A stretch of DNA of 64,000 nt from Chloroflexota bacterium (GTDB lineage Bacteria > Chloroflexota > UBA11872 > VXOZ01): positions 608,001-672,000 of the forward strand of contig OZ219802.1 in the NCBI GenBank assembly GCA_964291655.2. The letters run 5' to 3'. The translations under genes were made by a program, and so were the position numbers. The notes under the pieces were generated by a model. It had not been told where the DNA came from and ran no database searches. It was given only the letters and a program-made list of their open reading frames with translations. Of the stretch, positions 54,902 through 63,750 are shown piece after piece (position 1 is the stretch's first letter; every line of letters begins with the position of its first letter).

Positions 54902-56107
54902 TTGAGAGCAGTGGGTGAATTCTATCAAGATCTCGGTGTCAAGCGTGTGATCAATGCTGCCGGCACCTTAACTCGCCTTGGCGGCACACCGATGGACGAT
55001 GACGTGCTCGACGCCATGCGCGAAGCCGCGCAATGGAGCGTGCGCATCGAGGAACTCCAGGAGGCAGCGGGGAACTACCTCGCCGAAGTCACCGGGGCGG
55101 AAGCCGGCTACGTAACCGCCGGCGCGGCAGCAGGCCTGCTGGTTGGTACCGCCGCCTGCATCGCGGGCTTAGATATCCACAAGATGAACCTCCTGCCTGA
55201 AACAGCGAACATACCGAACGAGGTAGTCATCCAACGCCTCCACCGGAATGCGTACGACCACGCTTTGCGCACGGCGGGCGCGAAGTTTGTTGAGGTCGGA
55301 CACATCGGTCACCCGACTGGAGGTTACACCGAGCCGTGGCATATCGAGACTGCAATAAACGAGCGCACGGTCGCCGTTCACTGGGTCGCCATGCCTGTGG
55401 AAGGGGTTGTGAGCTTAGAAGACACGGTCGCCGTCGCGCACAAACATGACGTTCCCGTCATTGTGGACGCGGCCGGTGGCTTGCCGCCCGCCGAAAACCT
55501 GCGCGGCTACATCGCCACGGGCGCCGACCTCGTCTCTTTCTCCGGCGGCAAGGCGATACAAGGCCCACAAGCCTCCGGCATCCTGGTCGGTCGGCGCGAC
55601 CTCATCCAATCCGTGGCACTACAGCATCAAGACATGGACGTGATGGTGGAGACGTGGACCTTACGCGATCAACTGCTGGGAAGCGGCCGCCTGCTCGGCC
55701 CGCCGCTCCAAGGCATCGGCCGCCCTATGAAAGTGGGCAAAGAGGAAATCGCCGGTCTGCTGGCAGCGGTAAAGAAGTACGTCAGCCGCGACCATGCCGC
55801 CGCGCGGGCAGAGTGGCTCTGCCGCCTCGAATCCATCGCTGCCGATCTCAGCAGCGTATCTGGAATCGCCACCGAGGTGGTTGGACGCGACGGCGCTTCC
55901 TATCCCACGTTGCGAGTCTCACTGGACGACGCCGTGCATGGCGTATCGGCAATCGACTTGGTGAACCGCTTGTTTGACGACGATCCGGCCATTGCCGTTA
56001 GTCAGTACGGCTCCCTGGAAGGCAGTATCACTATCAACCCGCTCAACCTGGATGGTGACAAACCGCAGTTCGTCGCAGCACGCATCCGTGCCATCGTGGC
56101 GTCGTAG
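54902..56107 (+). CDS. SelA-like PLP-dependent enzyme (DgaE/D-glucosaminate-6-phosphate ammonia-lyase-like family)
   Basis: VINAAGTLTRLGG, VTAGAAAGL, HRNAYD, VIVDAAG, FSGGKAIQGPQASG and IGRPMKVGKEEI; lacks the SelA-specific HTNLGRA/RGSR motifs. Start is 54902 or 54911. Confidence 0.8.
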   Translation: MRAVGEFYQDLGVKRVINAAGTLTRLGGTPMDDDVLDAMREAAQWSVRIEELQEAAGNYLAEVTGAEAGYVTAGAAAGLLVGTAACIAGLDIHKMNLLPETANIPNEVVIQRLHRNAYDHALRTAGAKFVEVGHIGHPTGGYTEPWHIETAINERTVAVHWVAMPVEGVVSLEDTVAVAHKHDVPVIVDAAGGLPPAENLRGYIATGADLVSFSGGKAIQGPQASGILVGRRDLIQSVALQHQDMDVMVETWTLRDQLLGSGRLLGPPLQGIGRPMKVGKEEIAGLLAAVKKYVSRDHAAARAEWLCRLESIAADLSSVSGIATEVVGRDGASYPTLRVSLDDAVHGVSAIDLVNRLFDDDPAIAVSQYGSLEGSITINPLNLDGDKPQFVAARIRAIVAS

Positions 56108-56113
56108 CTCATC

Positions 56114-56140
56114 CGTCATTCCGAACGCAGTGAGGAATCT
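56114..56140. repeat. GTCATTCC...GGAATC-type palindromic repeat
   Basis: CGTCATTCCGAACGCAGTGAGGAATCT directly after the stop codon. Confidence 0.55.
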
Positions 56141-56230
56141 AGGAATTCAGTGTCCGTGGTCTACGAACCAGAGACCCGGACTAGATTAGTCTTCCCTTGC
56201 CAATCTAAACTCGATCCTCGCTACCAAGCC

Positions 56231-56254
56231 GTAGCGCGGGGGCTTGTCCCCCGC
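56231..56254 (+). repeat. GTAG-type REP palindrome, copy 3
   Basis: Identical 24-mer to 7871 and 50855. Confidence 0.85.
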
Positions 56255-56451
56255 TTCCTGGCGGAAGAAACACTCACCATCTTGGGCAAAGTGCTTAGAA
56301 AAGCAGGGATCATGCATCAAGGGTGTGCTTGGAGCTGCTTCATACAAGACTGCAAAAGCCAGGGTCCGAATCGGCTCTTCTCCAAGACAGGGAGACTCAA
56401 GAACGTGAGGCAGTGGGTACACTCGTGAACTCAGTAGGGGCCTCGTAACCC

Positions 56452-57111
56452 ATGCGACTCCGTGAATTTGGCGCAGACGGCCAACGCTTTGCCGGGATCG
56501 TAGGCTTGCGCCGCAACAAGCTGCTCTTCACGCTGCCCGATCCCAGCTACGCACAGGAAGGGGAGAATGGCGCGCTCGTCCTTCCTCTTTGGGGTATTGG
56601 CGGCATGTGCGCGACGGGCGAGTCGTGGCAAGCCGCCGCTCAGCGTCATGGCGAAGCCGAGACTGGCTGCGAAGTGCGGCTCTTCTCCAGCCGCGAGACG
56701 TACTACCTCAACGTGAAGAGCGACATCTTTGGCGTAGACGTTGAAGACGTACCGGCGCCCGCCCTGCTCTATGCCGCCGCATACCGACCCCCGGACAACC
56801 CCTACGGCGACTTGCAAACTGTCTACGGCGCAGAATATTTCGCGCACGTGCGGGGCACGCCACGGCCCGGAGAAGATGTTGCCGCGCTCATTGCCCTCGG
56901 CCAGCCGTTGCTCGTGGCAGCGGAGCAGCAAGCACTAACCCTAGAAAACCTATTGCAGGCGGGCGCGGAGCTCTTTGTCAATCCAAAGTCTCCACCGCCC
57001 GACCCATCGCTCTCCATCGCGCCGCTGGGCACGCCCAAGTTCATGCTGCACGTGCTCGACGCCGGCCACTGGTGGCAAACTCTCTCTTTGGCAGGCCTAC
57101 CGGTACTCTAA
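56452..57111 (+). CDS. NUDIX-fold-like protein with a degenerate Nudix box
   Basis: GIGGMCATGESWQAAAQRHGEAETG aligns to Gx5Ex7REUxEExG with substitutions. Confidence 0.55.
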   Translation: MRLREFGADGQRFAGIVGLRRNKLLFTLPDPSYAQEGENGALVLPLWGIGGMCATGESWQAAAQRHGEAETGCEVRLFSSRETYYLNVKSDIFGVDVEDVPAPALLYAAAYRPPDNPYGDLQTVYGAEYFAHVRGTPRPGEDVAALIALGQPLLVAAEQQALTLENLLQAGAELFVNPKSPPPDPSLSIAPLGTPKFMLHVLDAGHWWQTLSLAGLPVL

Positions 57112-57269
57112 GCATCGCACTTGATGTTCCAGAGCTTCACGCGACGCTCCCGTCAGAGGAGAGATGGACAGATATACTGAGGTTGGAAAGAGAGATGGTT
57201 GATGGCTGAGGGATGATGGAACGGAGCCAAAGCGGTAGTTCCTCAGGTACTCGGAAGGAGAAGGTAATC

Positions 57270-57494
57270 ATGGCCGACATCATTTCCGAAATCATATTTG
57301 AAGTCAGCGAGGATGAAGTCGACGGTGGATATTCGGCCAGCGCGTTTGGATATGGCATCCACACGTCTGGCGAAACGATTGAGGAGCTCCGCCACAATGT
57401 CAAAGAAGCCGTTGACTGCTACTTCGACGAGTCCATGAAGCAACCTGGCTTGATTCGTCTTCACTTCGTCCGCGACGAAGTTCTTGCACTATGA
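57270..57494 (+). CDS. hicB: HicB-like antitoxin (short, no DNA-binding tail)
   Basis: EIIFEV.ED..DGGY.ASA.G..IHT.GETIEELR.NVKEAV.CYF; the stop overlaps the ATG of a hicA-like frame (ATGA). Confidence 0.75.
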   Translation: MADIISEIIFEVSEDEVDGGYSASAFGYGIHTSGETIEELRHNVKEAVDCYFDESMKQPGLIRLHFVRDEVLAL

Positions 57495-57732
57495 AATTGC
57501 CGCGCAACGTAAGCGGGGCGGGCTTAGTGAAAGCGCTGCGGCGTTTGGGGTATAGGGCTACCCGGCAACGCGGTTCTCACGTGCGGATCACGACGCAGAC
57601 GAATGGCGAACATCATTAGGTGTTCCTCAACATACGCCCATCAAGGCAAAGACACTATCGTACACTCTCAGAAGCGTTGCGGCCCATCACGGCCTGAGAG
57701 TCTCAGAACTGCTCAAGCAGCTTGAATTGTAG
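57491..57732 (+). pseudogene. hicA: HicA-family mRNA interferase toxin, disrupted
   Basis: MKLPRNVSG..LVKALRRLGY...RQRGSH..ITT...GEHH, then TAG at 57617. The HicA-like C-terminus (VPQHTPIKAKTL...VAAHH...LL.QLEL*) continues in a shifted frame. Confidence 0.8.
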
Positions 57733-57955
57733 CCCCTCTTTCAATCGTAACTACGCGCTTGCGCTTGACATGAAATGCTAACACAACCTAGCGAATTGGC
57801 AGACACAACGAACCACCTCATTGACCAGAAGCGTCTCACTGAAGCCGCACACCAAAGAATCCGGGTGTATTACATTTGCAGGCCAACGTGACGATGCAAG
57901 AGTAGAGTAGAAACTATCTCGCGGCAACATGTCCTCCGCAGTGGAATCCATCTGA

Positions 57956-58909
57956 CTAACGGTCTCCGCCAAGACCCGCCCGGCCCGTGCGCAATGCTCG
58001 ATTCACTTCCTCTCGACTCGGCAAGCTGGCGATCGCGCCTCTGCCGCGCACCTTGAGTCCGGCCGTGACCACGCCCAATCGCGCTGCTTCCAGCGGACCC
58101 ATGTTCTCCACCAGCCCGTGCAGGAACGCGCCGTCGAAGGCGTCACCGGCGCCGGTCGTGTCGACCACCTGCGGGACAGCGAAAGCTGGTACCGTCCCCG
58201 TTCCGCCTTCTGCGCTCACGTAAACGCCGGCATCGCCTTGCTTGACCGCTACCGCATAGGCACCAAATCCATGCAGGTATTCTGCCGTTTCCTGGGGGGA
58301 CGCGCAGCCGAACAACTGCTCTGACTCCTCAGGTCCGCTCGGCAGGGCGATGTCCACATGCGGCAGGAGCTCTTCCGCCGCGGCCCGCGCCTCCGCCACC
58401 GACCACAGTGCGGGCCGAAAATTGGGGTCGAACGAAACGCACACATGCGCCTCATTCGCCATACGCGCCGCCGCCAGTGCGGTCGCCCGCGCCGACTCCG
58501 AGATGGCCTGGGCGATGCCGCTGATGTGAAGCACCCTGGCCTCCGCGATGTAATCGGGATCCAGGTCCTCAGGGGTCATGGTGCTGGGCGCGCTGCCGGC
58601 CCGGTAGTAGGTAAACTCCCGTTCACCCCGACCGTAGATGGAGATAAAGTATATGCCGTTCCGCCCCTCCACGCGCTTCACGTGTGAGGTATCAATTCCC
58701 AAAGACTCCCAGCCATCGAGCAAGAATGGTTGAAAGGGATCGTTGCCGACCCGCGAGAGAAAGCCGCATGAGCTTCCCATACGCGACGCCGCCGCCAGGA
58801 GATTGAGCGCATCGCCGGCGAAGGCTTTCTGCAGTTTGTGCGCCTCTGCTAACGGCTCCTCTGCAAAGAACTCCACCATGCACTCGCCGAGGGAGAGAAT
58901 ATCAGGCAT
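57956..58909 (-). CDS. kdgK: PfkB-family sugar kinase, likely 2-keto-3-deoxygluconate kinase
   Basis: LGECMVE, AGDALN, FTYYRAGSA, SFDPNFRPALW and VDTTGAGDAF; downstream of eda. Confidence 0.78.
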   Translation of the reverse strand: MPDILSLGECMVEFFAEEPLAEAHKLQKAFAGDALNLLAAASRMGSSCGFLSRVGNDPFQPFLLDGWESLGIDTSHVKRVEGRNGIYFISIYGRGEREFTYYRAGSAPSTMTPEDLDPDYIAEARVLHISGIAQAISESARATALAAARMANEAHVCVSFDPNFRPALWSVAEARAAAEELLPHVDIALPSGPEESEQLFGCASPQETAEYLHGFGAYAVAVKQGDAGVYVSAEGGTGTVPAFAVPQVVDTTGAGDAFDGAFLHGLVENMGPLEAARLGVVTAGLKVRGRGAIASLPSREEVNRALRTGRAGLGGDR

Positions 58910-59013
58910 TTTTGCCTCTTAGAGCCTGCTTACGATCTTCCGAGATGAAGTTTGCATAGCCATGGGAGCCGTTCTTGCTGAAAGCTGCACGCAGCCGGCT
59001 TCGCGCAGCCTCT

Positions 59014-59273
59014 GCCTGTCCTGAGCTCGCCGAAGGGTCGAAGTACGAACGGCCATTCGCCAGCTTATTGCGGCCCCCTTCACCCTTCGACAAGCCTGTA
59101 CTGAGCCTGTCGCAGTGCTCAGAGCCTGCCCAGTACTCGATTCGGGGGGCGAACGTTGCGCGCCCGGACAAGAAGATTGTAAACCGGCTCTTGGGGACAA
59201 CACCATCCCTTGCGGGGTCTATTGATTTTCACATTTCACTATGATGTCCGTTCGTGGTGAGCCTGTCGAACCA
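59014..59273. repeat. Cluster of CTTCGACAAGC/CTGAGCCTGTCGAA-type palindromic repeats between eda and kdgK
   Basis: Units at about 59014-59052, 59083-59155 and 59248-59273. Confidence 0.6.
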
Positions 59274-59342
59274 TGCCCGAACATCCCTTAGACGAACGTG
59301 GAGCTGCGGGCTATCACGTAATCTACCCAGCGTGGCGTCACA

Positions 59343-59977
59343 CTAGAGCGATTCTTCCACAAACCGCCGCGCAAAGTCTGCAAGGCCGGCATAGTCACCG
59401 GCAGTGATGAGCGACGGCGGCATGAGTCCCGAGCCCAGCGCCACGTTAGCCGCTCCCGCCTCCAGGTAAGCGCGATAGTTGTCGAAGCCGATGCCCCCGG
59501 AGGCGACGATGGGGATCCCGGGGAGCGGTCCGAGCACCGACTTGACGTACCCCGGCCCGCCGACGCTATCAATTGGAAAGACCTTCACCATGTCAGAACC
59601 CGATTCATGCACGTCGAGAATCTCGGTGGGTGTCAGACCGGCCATGATGCAGGGCACATCAGCCTCGTGCGCCAGAGACACGAGCGCAGGCCGGTTCACG
59701 GGCCCGACCACAAACTGCGCGCCGGCTGCCAGCGCCTCCCTTGCCTGGGTCTCGGTTGTCACCGTACCGGCGCCTACCAGACAACCGGTGGTTTCTCCCT
59801 CGCAACCACTTCAATCACGGCGGCGGCGTCCGGTACCGTAAACGTAATCTCAACGAGCCGAATACCGGCAGCATACAGCGCCTGCGCAGTCCGCACCGCC
59901 TCCTTGGTAGTCTTGGTGCGCACCACGGCGGTTATCTTGGCCTCGCACAGATCGCTTAGCAGCGCCGCACGACTCAT
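59343..59977 (-). pseudogene. eda: KDPG/KHG aldolase, frameshifted near 59790-59800
   Basis: The 5' frame gives ITAVVR...GIRLVEITF; the 3' frame gives CLVGAGTV...GAQFVVGP...TPTEI...VKVFP...SGGI. AAAGGAG RBS. Confidence 0.85.
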
Positions 59978-60317
59978 TGCATACTCCTTTGCACGATCTT
60001 ACCCTGCCCGGATACAGTTGCCCTCAATCCGGAAGGCAGACAAGAACTGTATATCACGAACGCTTCATGTAGTATAATCGTAATTGTAAACCTCCTCTTG
60101 AGCTCAGAATCAGTCTAGCATTACACTAGAGCAGGCGCTAAACATGCGTCTGCGGTCTTGACCCATTTATTGGTTCTGGCTGCGTTCTACAGCGCGTTTT
60201 GGCGCTATTGCTATTCGCCATTCCTCAAGAATGACACTTCGAGAACTCCTACAGCTTTCAATCAACTCTCTCGCTTTTCCGTCATGCTCCGCCTTGCTGT
60301 CGCGGATTCTGACACCC

Positions 60318-61226
60318 ATGGGCTTGCAATGGACGGTCTTGTGTGTCTTCCTCTTTGCCGCCTGTGCGCAAACCGATTCCGATCAAATGACGTTTGGGCG
60401 CACGATTCCGCCCGCCACTGCAGTGCCGACGCCATCTGTGCCGGCACCCATACCAACCGCGGGCGCTGAGCCAGCAATTGTCATGTCCACGGCAGTCCCT
60501 TACCCCACACCGGACCTCACCGGGCTTCCCTATGAGGTTCTCGCCCAAGAGATTGTGCGCGGCGGCCCGGACATCCCTGCCGTCGCGTTCACGCTCGACG
60601 GTGGGGCAATTGCCGCCTACACTCCTGAAATATTGGAAATTCTGCGCGAGCACGGGGTGCGCATTACAATCTTCATCACCGGACAGTTCGCCGAACGCCA
60701 CCCTGAACTCGTCCTCGAGATGATCGCCGACGGGCATGAAATTGGGAACCACTCCTATGCGCACCCCGACTTTACCAAGCTGAACGATGATGTCATCCGC
60801 GCGGAGCTCACCCGCACAGAGGAAATCATAAAGGACGTAGCGGGAGTAAGCACCAAGCCCTGGTTCCGCTTCCCCTACGGCGCACGCAATCACCATGTCC
60901 GCCGCGTGGTAGCCCGTGAAGGCTATCAGAGCATCTACTGGACTATCGATACGATTGACTGGCGGGATGACGCGACGCCTGCCTTGGTCAAGCAGCGCAT
61001 CCGCGACCGCCTCCAGAATGGCGTCATCATTCTCGCTCATCTCGGCAGCAAGCATACGCTGGAGGCGCTCCCAGACATTTTGACTGAACTAAAGGAGCAG
61101 GGTTACCGGGTCGTAAAAGTCTCTGAACTCTTGTATCCGCCACCGACCATTGCGACCCCCATTGTGAATCCAACGCCCACGACTATTGTGAAGCCTTCCC
61201 CAACCATCGTACTCTCCAGCCCTTGA
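60318..61226 (+). CDS. Polysaccharide deacetylase (CE4/NodB) family lipoprotein
   Basis: LFAAC lipobox, Pro/Thr-rich linker and tail, AFTLDGG, HEIGNHSYAHP, FRFPYG, DTIDW and ILAH. Start uncertain (60231 or 60318). Confidence 0.87.
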   Translation: MGLQWTVLCVFLFAACAQTDSDQMTFGRTIPPATAVPTPSVPAPIPTAGAEPAIVMSTAVPYPTPDLTGLPYEVLAQEIVRGGPDIPAVAFTLDGGAIAAYTPEILEILREHGVRITIFITGQFAERHPELVLEMIADGHEIGNHSYAHPDFTKLNDDVIRAELTRTEEIIKDVAGVSTKPWFRFPYGARNHHVRRVVAREGYQSIYWTIDTIDWRDDATPALVKQRIRDRLQNGVIILAHLGSKHTLEALPDILTELKEQGYRVVKVSELLYPPPTIATPIVNPTPTTIVKPSPTIVLSSP

Positions 61227-61251
61227 CAGAGGCCTGAACCTACCATAGAAT
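61223..61251 (+). promoter_or_regulatory. Sigma70-type promoter of the trp leader
   Basis: TTGACA (61223), 17-nt spacer, TAGAAT (61246). Confidence 0.75.
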
Positions 61252-61272
61252 ACGATTCACAATTGAATATGA

Positions 61273-61598
61273 AAAAGGCGATGATCAGGAAGAGTACGCT
61301 GTTAAGGCGGCCTTCAGAGAGCCGGGGAATGGTGGGATCCCGGCGGTGCGCGGCCAGCGGAATGGGCCTGGGAGCTGTGACCTGAAAGATAGCTGATCCG
61401 GAAACGCGTCAAAGCGAAATGTGGCCGGTTTAGTTGCCGACTAGGCGTCAACGGAACCCCTACCGTAGACTTTGGGGCAAGCATACAACCGCGCAGGCGA
61501 GGAGTGCTTGAGTGAATGAAGCGGGCTGCGCATGCAGCCAATAAGGGTGGCACCGCGAGACACTTCTCGTCCCTTTGAGGGACGAGATTTCTTTTTTT
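61273..61598 (+). promoter_or_regulatory. T-box riboswitch (Trp, UGG specifier) with intrinsic terminator
   Basis: Stem I with GCGATGA...AGAGTA, AGAGA and GGTGGGA motifs; specifier GAA-TGG-G (61363). T-box AATAAGGGTGGCACCGCG (61540-61557), terminator TCTCGTCCCT-TTG-AGGGACGAGA plus poly-T, directly upstream of trpE. Confidence 0.93.
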
Positions 61599-61625
61599 AA
61601 GGAACAGCCTGAACAAGGGAATACC

Positions 61626-63146
61626 ATGGCAGTCATGCAAACCGCACCGGGCATAGTTTTCGCCGGCATTCAGCCGGACCTTGCCGCAGTGCGCGCACTC
61701 GCGGCAGAGGGGCTGACAGTGCCCATTTCACTCACTATCCCCGCGGATTTGGAAACTCCGGTCTCTGCCTACCTCAAGATTGCCCAGGGCGACTACTCAT
61801 TTCTGCTCGAGAGTGTTCAGGGCAGCGAGAGCCTGGGCCGGTACTCGTTCATCGGAACCAATCCGTCTACCGTCCTGCGCATGGACAACGGCATGGCAAC
61901 CTGCAAACAGGGCGGGGAAAGCGAAACTCGCACGTATTCGGACCCATTAGCGTTGCTTCAAGAAGAGCTTGCCAAGACCAATTTCGCCGCCATGCCCGGC
62001 CTGCCGCGTTTTCAAGGCGGCGCCGTCGGTTATCTCGGCTATGAGAGCGTTCGCTATTTCGAGCCCAGGGTGCCGCTTCCGGCGGAGAATGCCTTGCCTG
62101 TGCCCGAGGGGGTATTCATGTTCACGGATAGCTTAGTGATGTTCGACCACTTCAAGCACAGCCTCACGATCATCTCCTACGTCCCACCCCATGGAGATGT
62201 CGCCGCGAACTACCAGGACGCGGTAGAAAGTGTCGAGACCATCCACGCGCGTCTGCAACGTACCGTGCCCTTCGTGCGCGACACGACGAGCTCCGGCGCA
62301 GCCGTGCCCACAAAGAGCGAAGCGCAGCATCATGCCATGGTGCGCGCAGCGAAAGAGTACATCGCAGCGGGCGACATCATCCAAGCCGTTTTGGGTTTGC
62401 GCTGGACGCGCCAGTTGGGCGTGCATCCGTACTCGGTGTATCGCGCGTTGCGCATGATCAATCCGTCGCCGTACATGTACTATTTGCAGCTTGATGACAT
62501 GCAAATCGTCGGCGCCTCACCGGAGATGCTGGTGCGGGTAGAGGGGTCTCACGTCACGACGCGCCCCATCGCCGGTACCCGACGACGGGGAAGCACGCCG
62601 GAAGAAGACGCGGCACTCGCCGCAGAATTGCTGGCCAGCGCAAAGGAACGCGCGGAACACATCATGCTCGTGGACCTGGGACGGAATGACCTCGGACGGG
62701 TCTGCCGCCCCGGCTCCGTGCATGTCCCGACGCTCATGGTAGTGGAAGAGTTTTCCCACGTGATGCACATCGTCTCAAAAGTGGAAGGGGAGCTCTTGCC
62801 GGGCAAGACGGCATTTGACGCCCTCCGCTCGTGTTTTCCGGCGGGCACGCTCTCCGGCGCGCCCAAAGTGCGCGCCATGGAGATAATCTCAGAACTCGAA
62901 GGCACAACGCGGGGACCTTACGGCGGTGCTGTCGGCTATTTCGACTACTCCGGCAATATGGATATGGCAATCACCATTCGCACGATGACCGTGAAAGACA
63001 ACACGGCCTACATCCAGGCCGGCGGCGGTATCGTGGCGGATTCCGATCCCGAAGAGGAGTACCAAGAGGTGTGCAACAAGGCCGCCTCGACCATGCGGGC
63101 GATTGACGTCGCGGAGGAGATGGAACGTGATCTTCATGCTGGATAA
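61626..63146 (+). CDS. trpE: Anthranilate synthase component I
   Basis: DLETPVSAY, SFLLESV, FQGGAVGY, NPSPYMY, SPEML, RPIAGTR, AEHIMLVDLGRND, FPAGTLSGAPK and AGGGIVADS. Confidence 0.95.
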   Translation: MAVMQTAPGIVFAGIQPDLAAVRALAAEGLTVPISLTIPADLETPVSAYLKIAQGDYSFLLESVQGSESLGRYSFIGTNPSTVLRMDNGMATCKQGGESETRTYSDPLALLQEELAKTNFAAMPGLPRFQGGAVGYLGYESVRYFEPRVPLPAENALPVPEGVFMFTDSLVMFDHFKHSLTIISYVPPHGDVAANYQDAVESVETIHARLQRTVPFVRDTTSSGAAVPTKSEAQHHAMVRAAKEYIAAGDIIQAVLGLRWTRQLGVHPYSVYRALRMINPSPYMYYLQLDDMQIVGASPEMLVRVEGSHVTTRPIAGTRRRGSTPEEDAALAAELLASAKERAEHIMLVDLGRNDLGRVCRPGSVHVPTLMVVEEFSHVMHIVSKVEGELLPGKTAFDALRSCFPAGTLSGAPKVRAMEIISELEGTTRGPYGGAVGYFDYSGNMDMAITIRTMTVKDNTAYIQAGGGIVADSDPEEEYQEVCNKAASTMRAIDVAEEMERDLHAG

Positions 63147-63750
63147 CTACGATTCGTTTACCTACAATCTGGTGCAATACATGGGTGAACTCGGCGCCGA
63201 TCTGGAAGTGGCGCGCAACGACAAGACCACTGTGAAAGCAGTGATGGCGAGCCGGCCGGATGGCATTGTCATCTCGCCGGGCCCGTGTACGCCCCATGAA
63301 GCCGGCATCTCAAACGACCTTATCACGCAGGCTGCGGGCAAGATACCGCTTCTTGGTGTCTGCCTTGGACACCAGTGCATCGGCCAGGTTTTTGGCGGCA
63401 ACGTGATTCGCGCGGACAGACTGATGCACGGCAAGACCTCGATGATCCACCACCACGGTAGAGACCTGTTTGCAGACCTGGATAACCCCTTTGTCGCGAC
63501 GCGCTACCATTCCCTGATTGTGGATCCCTTGCAGTTTCCATCAGCCCTCGACGTGACGGCACGAGCAGACGATGGAACGATTATGAGTGTGCGCCACCAG
63601 GAATACCCGATCTATGGGGTCCAGTTTCATCCCGAGTCCATCCTCACCACAGAAGGCAAGAAACTCCTGCAGAATTTCCTCAACATTGTCGAGCAGCACC
63701 ACTCGCGGAAAACGCAGGCGGCTTCCGCGCAAAAGGGGGCAGAGGGATGA
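63127..63750 (+). CDS. trpG: Anthranilate synthase component II (glutamine amidotransferase)
   Basis: DNYDSFTYNL, ISPGPC, GVCLGHQ, RYHSL and QFHPES; the GTG start overlaps the end of trpE. Confidence 0.95.
   Translation: MIFMLDNYDSFTYNLVQYMGELGADLEVARNDKTTVKAVMASRPDGIVISPGPCTPHEAGISNDLITQAAGKIPLLGVCLGHQCIGQVFGGNVIRADRLMHGKTSMIHHHGRDLFADLDNPFVATRYHSLIVDPLQFPSALDVTARADDGTIMSVRHQEYPIYGVQFHPESILTTEGKKLLQNFLNIVEQHHSRKTQAASAQKGAEG

Noticed and set aside
54902-56107. Second selA
   Set aside because: It lacks the SelA N-terminal domain and the HTNLGRA, RGSR and GDKL motifs, and fits the DgaE-like family better.
59790-59803. Programmed -1 ribosomal frameshift in eda
   Set aside because: GGGAGAAA is not a canonical slippery heptamer; mutation or assembly error is simpler.
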